Positions 8,900 to 13,585 of a stretch of DNA of 13,585 nt are shown here, piece by piece (positions within the stretch are counted from its first letter, which is position 1; every line of letters starts with the position of its first letter). Source of the stretch: a virus. A program made the position numbers and the translations under genes. The stretch lies in UHGV virus genome UHGV-0122598; one strand, written 5' to 3'. The notes beneath the pieces are model-generated. The model ran no database searches and was not told the DNA's origin. It saw only the letters and a list, made by a program, of their open reading frames with translations.

Positions 8900-9088
8900 A
8901 TGCAGGACTATTTTTTGGAGTCTTTGAAGCTCCAGCGCATTGATTTTTTTCTTAAGCTTGTAGCGGCTAGTGAGTGTAGTGATGAAGAGAAGGGGCTGGC
9001 TCTGCAGTGGGTTTCTGAATTGACTGATGAACTCATGGCAAAAATCAGAAGCCACGAATACAACCGCTCAATGGATGTCATCAGCTGA
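8900..9088 (+). CDS. Small SOS-regulated protein (62 aa); Tum-like antirepressor by position only
   Basis: ATG at 8900 preceded by GGAGG (8891-8895); directly downstream of the LexA box; the track start at 8798 lies upstream of the operator and is implausible. Confidence 0.5.
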   Translation: MQDYFLESLKLQRIDFFLKLVAASECSDEEKGLALQWVSELTDELMAKIRSHEYNRSMDVIS

Positions 9089-9098
9089 GGTGACTTTT

Positions 9099-9332
9099 AT
9101 GCGCATTGAAATAATGATCGATAAAGAGCAGAAGATTAGCCAGTCTACCCTGGACGCTCTGGAGTCCGAGCTTTACCGCAACCTGCAACCCATCTATCCC
9201 AAGACCGCTATCCGCATCCGTAAAGGGTCGGCAAACGGCGTTGAGCTGAGTGGCTTAAAGCTTGATGAAGACAAAAAGCGGGTGATGGAAATTATGAAAC
9301 AGGTTTGGGAAGACGACAGCTGGCTGCACTAA
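9099..9332 (+). CDS. dinI: DinI-family protein (77 aa)
   Basis: MRIEIMIDK ... LDALESEL ... DEDKKRVMEIMKQVWEDDSW aligns by eye with E. coli DinI (MRIEVTIAK ... EDKQRISEILQETWESADDW); ATG at 9099 with GAGG 8 nt upstream; track start at 9027 is an extension. Confidence 0.8.
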   Translation: MRIEIMIDKEQKISQSTLDALESELYRNLQPIYPKTAIRIRKGSANGVELSGLKLDEDKKRVMEIMKQVWEDDSWLH

Positions 9333-9450
9333 GGAACGTTCCTGATGTAAGAACTTGAATCTGACGTCAGCAAGGTTGAACAACGAGAGTAGCGAGGCGT
9401 TAGCCATGGGTAAAAAAGACAGTAATCACCAGATTATTTATCGGGGCTAG

Positions 9451-9666
9451 GTGCTGGAACGTTTAACCCTTGGCGACTGGGTCTTCTTTCAACGCCCAAA
9501 GGAGTGTGGCGGAGGTTTTTGGTTGGGCCGCATCTATGAAGACTGCTTCTGGCTTGAGCTGGAATTTCCCGTTTCGCTATATGACGGCCTGGGGTTTTTG
9601 ATGGAAGTCACTAGGGTAGAGCAGAGAAGTGATGAGGTTGACGCGAATTATCCCCTGTTTGATTAA
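9451..9666 (+). CDS. Doubtful hypothetical ORF (71 aa, GTG start, Trp-rich)
   Basis: ORF 9451..9666; GTG start, weak RBS, no recognisable motif; may be a remnant. Confidence 0.3.
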   Translation: MLERLTLGDWVFFQRPKECGGGFWLGRIYEDCFWLELEFPVSLYDGLGFLMEVTRVEQRSDEVDANYPLFD

Positions 9667-9685
9667 AAATGTATTAGCTTATAAT
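9659..9685 (+). promoter_or_regulatory. Candidate sigma70 promoter for the membrane-protein gene: TTGATT, 15-bp spacer, TATAAT
   Basis: Perfect -10 TATAAT at 9680-9685, about 30 bp upstream of the ATG at 9715; -35-like TTGATT at 9659-9664 with a short spacer. Confidence 0.35.
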
Positions 9686-9714
9686 GGAATACTATTTTTG
9701 CAGGTGGGGGCGCA

Positions 9715-10326
9715 ATGGATTTAGTCTTTAAAGTTCTGGCTTCGTTGGGTGGGGTGTCTTTTGTTGCATCTGGCATATTTGTTTGGATCGGGAAAGTTTA
9801 TTTAGAAAGATATAAGTCGCGGCTAAACAAAGATATTGCTGAATTTCAATCACAACTGAGTGCAACTAATGAAAGAATAAAGGCTAAGTTAGACAATTCT
9901 GTTTATGTAACGAAAGCGTATTTTGATAAGGAGTTATCAGCATATAGTCTCATTTGGAATTCGATGTTTGAAACCAGAGAAAGCGTGCTTAAGCTGAGGC
10001 CTGCGCTGGATCATGTTGACCCCAACGAACCATTTGAAGAGAGAAAATTTAGAAGGTTGAAAGTTTTTTTTGATGCATTTAACACTTTTGTTACAAGTGT
10101 TGAATCTAACAAACCGTTCATCTCACCAGAGGTTTATATAATCTTGGACCGTTTCCGGAAGGAATGCCTTTCAGAGTCAATATCGTTTAAGCATAGCGAT
10201 CCAGAATTTGACGGGCAAAATTATTGGAAAGAGGCGGAGTTGAACCGTACAACCATCACCAAGCTTTTTGATGAGACGTGTGATGCAATTCGAGACAGGA
10301 TGCACACATTAACTGTGGTTACGTAG
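9715..10326 (+). CDS. Hypothetical single-pass membrane protein (203 aa): N-terminal TM helix plus a helical cytoplasmic domain
   Basis: ORF 9715..10326; GGTGGGGG upstream of the ATG; N-terminal LVFKVLASLGGVSFVASGIFVWIG is a predicted TM helix; about 40% GC by eye; own candidate promoter and downstream terminator. Confidence 0.6.
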   Translation: MDLVFKVLASLGGVSFVASGIFVWIGKVYLERYKSRLNKDIAEFQSQLSATNERIKAKLDNSVYVTKAYFDKELSAYSLIWNSMFETRESVLKLRPALDHVDPNEPFEERKFRRLKVFFDAFNTFVTSVESNKPFISPEVYIILDRFRKECLSESISFKHSDPEFDGQNYWKEAELNRTTITKLFDETCDAIRDRMHTLTVVT

Positions 10327-10416
10327 GTTTCCAAAAAGTCTCGATGCCCGCTTTGGAGATTGTGCATGTCTATGCCGCATGAGATCGCATGATCGTTTGA
10401 GGATCGTTTTTGCTAA

Positions 10417-10441
10417 GGCCCGCCAGAACTGGTGGGCTTTT
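10417..10441 (+). terminator. Rho-independent terminator (GCCCGCC stem, 6-nt loop, GGTGGGC, then TTTT)
   Basis: 7-bp GC-rich stem with one G-U pair followed by TTTTG, about 90 bp downstream of the 203-aa gene stop. Confidence 0.6.
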
Positions 10442-10486
10442 GCGTAGATCATGCAGGTGCATGAAAACCACTACATAAAGCGGGCA

Positions 10487-10505
10487 GGCGTGGCGGGGAT
10501 ACGAG
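10487..10505. other. cos-like sequence (GGCGTGGCGGGGATACGAG) resembling the 19-nt cohesive ends of P2/186-family phages
   Basis: First 13 nt, GGCGTGGCGGGGA, match the 186/P2 cohesive-end sequence as I recall it (GGCG[T/A]GGCGGGGAAAGCA[T/C]); the position between the early-region end and the portal-like gene fits prophage synteny. Confidence 0.4.
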
Positions 10506-10592
10506 CGCGCGCTTAGCCATGAATCTGTGGACTTGATGGTGAAGCTAAGGTAATTTGTATCAAAAAAAAGCAGTACAATAGGGATATATAGA

Positions 10593-11672
10593 GTGGCGTT
10601 ATCAGATGCGTTAATTACAGTAAATCAAGCCGAACGGGGCGGTGAAAACGCGTTGAGAGGCTTTTCATATCAAGCCTCTTGGGGGATAAATTATTTACTT
10701 GAGAAACAAAAAGAAAAGGAGAAATATTTATTTCTATTTGAATATCATGACGATATTCTTGTATTGAATTCATCTGTTTCTCCGACTAGTGCTGAGTTTA
10801 TCCAAGTTAAAACAAAAAAAGATGGTAAATGGACACTCGCAGCAATAGTGAACGCAACAAAAGCTAAACCTAAATCATTTGTTGCAAAACTATATGACCA
10901 TTTCTATCAATTCGTTGGTCACGAAATTTATATGGTTCTGTTATCGAATGCTGGATTCGATTTCTTAAATGATAATAACGAAAAAGGTAGTGATCTTAAT
11001 AATGAGCATAAGGAAATTATAATTAGTAAGGTTCAAGAGCAGCTAAATACTAAAAAAGAAGTTCCTCTTGATAAAATAAAATTTAAAACATCTGATCTTA
11101 GTTTGTTAGATCCTAACTCACATTTATACGGGAAAGTTGCAGTTTTTTTGAATTCTTACTTTGGGGATGATCATGGTATTAATTCAACAGCATTCACTAA
11201 ATTATTAATCAATAAGTGTAATGAGAAGGTTAGTGTTGCTTCTAGTGATATCAAAACTTTTGAAGATTTAGTACTAAAGAAAGGTATATCTTCAGAATTT
11301 GTAACTGATTTATTATCTGGACTCATTGCAAGCATAAAAATAACGCCAAAATGGGAACAGGTTTGTATGTTGCTTGGTACTTTCTCAGATCCTTATGAGG
11401 GGATTAAATTACAATCAGTTTTTACACGCATATCAATAAAAGTGCTCAATGTCAATTCAATATACTATCTTTATTTTCTGGAATTTCAATCGGCTCTAAA
11501 GAGTATAGAGCATTATCGTGAGATACCTGTTCGAGACCTCTTCTTTACACTCGAAAAAACAATTGCAGCGGGGGACGGGGATTTCTCTTTATTAAATCAA
11601 GAAGAGAAATTTATGATTGCTATATATGCAATTATAAAGTTGACTTTTGAGGATGTTTCTTATGAAGAATAA
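10593..11672 (+). CDS. Candidate PD-(D/E)xK-type nuclease effector (359 aa), Cap4/LmuA-like N-terminal domain plus an uncharacterised C-terminal domain
   Basis: ORF 10593..11672 (GTG start, AGGGA upstream); N-terminal LFLFEYHDDILVL ... EFIQVKTKK fits a hhD ... (E/Q)xK restriction-endonuclease-like core; about 30% GC by eye; last 11 nt overlap the start of the downstream ATPase gene. Confidence 0.6.
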   Translation: MALSDALITVNQAERGGENALRGFSYQASWGINYLLEKQKEKEKYLFLFEYHDDILVLNSSVSPTSAEFIQVKTKKDGKWTLAAIVNATKAKPKSFVAKLYDHFYQFVGHEIYMVLLSNAGFDFLNDNNEKGSDLNNEHKEIIISKVQEQLNTKKEVPLDKIKFKTSDLSLLDPNSHLYGKVAVFLNSYFGDDHGINSTAFTKLLINKCNEKVSVASSDIKTFEDLVLKKGISSEFVTDLLSGLIASIKITPKWEQVCMLLGTFSDPYEGIKLQSVFTRISIKVLNVNSIYYLYFLEFQSALKSIEHYREIPVRDLFFTLEKTIAAGDGDFSLLNQEEKFMIAIYAIIKLTFEDVSYEE

Positions 11673-13320
11673 CGTTAAATTTAAAAATATAAAAATACTC
11701 TCATTAAGAGACAGAAAAGCTTTTTCTTATGAGTTTTCAGAAGGGGTTAACTTCATATATGGTACAAATGATGTTGGTAAATCAAGCCTGATTAAAAGTC
11801 TTTATTACACATTAGGTGGAGATTTAAGGCTTGATGATGCTTGGAAATCAGATGATATAGTTACACTGGTGGAAATTAATAACGGGGAAAATGATTTTAT
11901 TTTTTTGCGTTATAAAAAGATTATTGGTGTCTTTGATTTGAAGAATGATGATCTAGTCGTGTATAACACGATTTCGTCATTAGCATCTCGTGTTTCAAAT
12001 ATATTTGGTTTTAAACTGGAATTACATAATAAATATACGGGTGCTACGACTCAGGCAAACCCTGCTTGTTTGTTTGCCCCATTCTTTATTGATCAGGATG
12101 AAGGATGGAAAGCGGTGATAAATTCTTTCGAAAACATGAGTATGTACTCAGAATGGCAAAAAAACATTCTTTACTATCACTCTGGAATTAAGCCAAAGGA
12201 ATATTATACAGTTCAAGGGAAAATCAAAGAAATTAAAGTTAAAATTTCAGAGTTAGATGGTTTTGTTAAGGTTCTAAAAAGAAGCAAAAGTAAGATTGAT
12301 GAATCTTTTGGCGTGGTTTTATTTGATGTTGATTTGGATTTTTATAAATCAAAGTTGGAACGTATATTAAATGAATATTCTAATTTAAATTTAGTTCAGA
12401 CAGAATATAGATTAAATCTTTTGAGGTTATATTCTAGGAAGAATTTCCTTGAGAGTGAACTCAAAGAGATAACTGCGATTATTGATAATGAATTTGAGAT
12501 TTCGAATTTTCGAGATGATAATGTTGCTTATTCAGTAAATGAATATAATTATATAAACCATAGAGATGAAATGCTCAAAAACATTGCTGTTCTTGCAGAT
12601 GAGAAAAGCAAGATTGAGGAAAATATTCCTAAATTGAATCAAAAGCTAGAAGAGTCAAGGGCTGCTTCAGAGGCGTTGCAGGCGCTGATTTTAGAAACTC
12701 AATCGGAAATAACGCTTCATGATGTTATTAAATCTGCCGCATACCATGAAATTGAATCTACTTTTATTTCACAGTTAGATGAGTTATTCGTTGAGATTGG
12801 TCGAAAAGAAGGCGAGTTGACAGAATTACAAGAAGAATTAGAAGTATACAATGATAAGAAAAGAACTGTTAAAATAAATGACTGTTTCAAAGAGTATTTC
12901 GCTAAAGCTCTTAAAGAGCTTGGTGTCGAAAATACAAAGGTAGGTGGCCTTAGTAGTTATAATAATATTACTAAGGGTAAGACTGGTAGTCGAGGTCCTC
13001 GAGGTATATTTGCATTTCACTACGCGCTGCTTAGTGTTATGAAAAGCAACTCTTCAGTTGAGAATATGCCTATAGTAATAGACTCTCCAAAGCAACAAGA
13101 TTTGGATCCAGAGCATACGCATAAGCTTATAAAACTATGCTTGGATGGGTTTTCCCTTACAAATCAGATTATTATTGGAACTGTTGGTTATGAGAGTTTC
13201 ATGGATGGTTTTAATAGCATCAAACTTGAAAATAAATATCATCTTTTAAATGATGAACATTATGATAATGTTTATTCTCAATTAATGCCATTGTTTGAAC
13301 GGGTGATACTTTCAAGATGA
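11662..13320 (+). CDS. SMC/ABC-type coiled-coil ATPase (552 aa from the MKNNVKF start), LmuB-like
   Basis: ATG at 11662 with GAGGA 9 nt upstream; Walker A GTNDVGKSS at residues 34-42; long E/K/L-rich coiled-coil middle; Walker-B-like MPIVIDSP, D-loop-like DLD and His near the C-terminus; the track start at 11647 is a 5-codon extension. Confidence 0.75.
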   Translation: MKNNVKFKNIKILSLRDRKAFSYEFSEGVNFIYGTNDVGKSSLIKSLYYTLGGDLRLDDAWKSDDIVTLVEINNGENDFIFLRYKKIIGVFDLKNDDLVVYNTISSLASRVSNIFGFKLELHNKYTGATTQANPACLFAPFFIDQDEGWKAVINSFENMSMYSEWQKNILYYHSGIKPKEYYTVQGKIKEIKVKISELDGFVKVLKRSKSKIDESFGVVLFDVDLDFYKSKLERILNEYSNLNLVQTEYRLNLLRLYSRKNFLESELKEITAIIDNEFEISNFRDDNVAYSVNEYNYINHRDEMLKNIAVLADEKSKIEENIPKLNQKLEESRAASEALQALILETQSEITLHDVIKSAAYHEIESTFISQLDELFVEIGRKEGELTELQEELEVYNDKKRTVKINDCFKEYFAKALKELGVENTKVGGLSSYNNITKGKTGSRGPRGIFAFHYALLSVMKSNSSVENMPIVIDSPKQQDLDPEHTHKLIKLCLDGFSLTNQIIIGTVGYESFMDGFNSIKLENKYHLLNDEHYDNVYSQLMPLFERVILSR

Positions 13321-13326
13321 AAATAT

Positions 13327-13344
13327 GGCCTCAGAAATGAGGCC
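13327..13344. terminator. Hairpin GGCCTCA-GAAA-TGAGGCC between convergent genes; likely bidirectional terminator
   Basis: Perfect 7-bp stem with a GNRA-type loop 7 nt after the ATPase stop; an ATATTTTC run follows it on the minus-strand transcript. Confidence 0.5.
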
Positions 13345-13360
13345 GACTAAATTATCTTAA

Positions 13361-13585
13361 TTAAATTTTTAGTTCGTAGGTTGAAAAATTTATAATTCTA
13401 TCGTTTAACCAATTATTTATTTCTAGAAACATTTTTTGTAGAGGCAGTAGCTCATTTCGTACAAATACTGTGCTTGCCTTTTCGATATCCCCAAACCCCC
13501 CGACATTATTAGGCATTATCCCCATCATTTGTGGCGGCACACGATGCGCCGCCATCATGTCATCCCGGCTCACGTTCTTGATATT
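13361..13585 (-). CDS. 3' end of a phage portal-like gene (P2 gpQ-like C-terminus); partial, the reading frame stays open to the window edge
   Basis: C-terminal sequence AAHRVPPQMMGIMPNNVGGFGDIEKASTVFVRNELLPLQ resembles the P2-family portal C-terminus as I recall it; orientation and position just beyond the cos-like site fit P2/186 prophage synteny; the GTG at 13573 is not the true start. Confidence 0.55.
   Translation of the reverse strand, partial: NIKNVSRDDMMAAHRVPPQMMGIMPNNVGGFGDIEKASTVFVRNELLPLQKMFLEINNWLNDRIINFSTYELKI

Noticed and set aside
8568-9055. Minus-strand ORFs 8568..8762 and 8864..9055, and the 8798 start of the 96-aa ORF
   Set aside because: They are antisense to the end of gene A and the Tum-position gene, or begin upstream of the LexA operator and promoter; the ATG at 8900 with a consensus RBS is the plausible start.
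10391-10411. Short direct repeat GATCGTTT ... GATCGTTTT upstream of the terminator
   Set aside because: Only two copies of 8 bp and no spacer pattern; not a CRISPR array and too short to assign a function.
12838-13020. Minus-strand ORF 12838..13020 inside the ATPase gene
   Set aside because: Antisense to the ATPase coding frame in very AT-rich sequence; Ile/Lys/Phe-rich translation typical of chance ORFs.
1-13585. Scan for tRNA, rRNA, CRISPR repeats and IS-element terminal inverted repeats
   Set aside because: No cloverleaf-like GC-rich segment, no regularly spaced repeats and no transposase-like ORF were seen; the integrase is a phage tyrosine recombinase, not an IS transposase.

Overview
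The window reads as an Escherichia-type chromosome–prophage junction followed by the early (left) arm of a 186/P2-family temperate prophage. Order: a TetR-family regulator gene (RcdA/YbjK-like, + strand); a leftward lysogeny block (AT-rich membrane-protein moron, tyrosine integrase, small secreted Cys-rich peptide, CI-type repressor); a rightward early operon (Apl/Cox-like HTH protein, CII, small ORFs, TraR/DksA-type zinc finger, Dam methyltransferase, replication gene A); a LexA-box-controlled Tum-position/DinI pair; a variable region with a standalone single-pass membrane protein; a cos-like sequence; an AT-rich two-gene cassette (PD-(D/E)xK-like nuclease candidate plus SMC/ABC-type coiled-coil ATPase); and the 3' end of a portal-like gene. 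The two-gene cassette is the strongest candidate for an anti-phage defence system (Lamassu-like architecture). The membrane protein and the two lysogeny-operon morons are secondary candidates. All homology statements come from reading the translations and from memory of protein families; no database search was run. No tRNA, rRNA, CRISPR array or IS element was seen.
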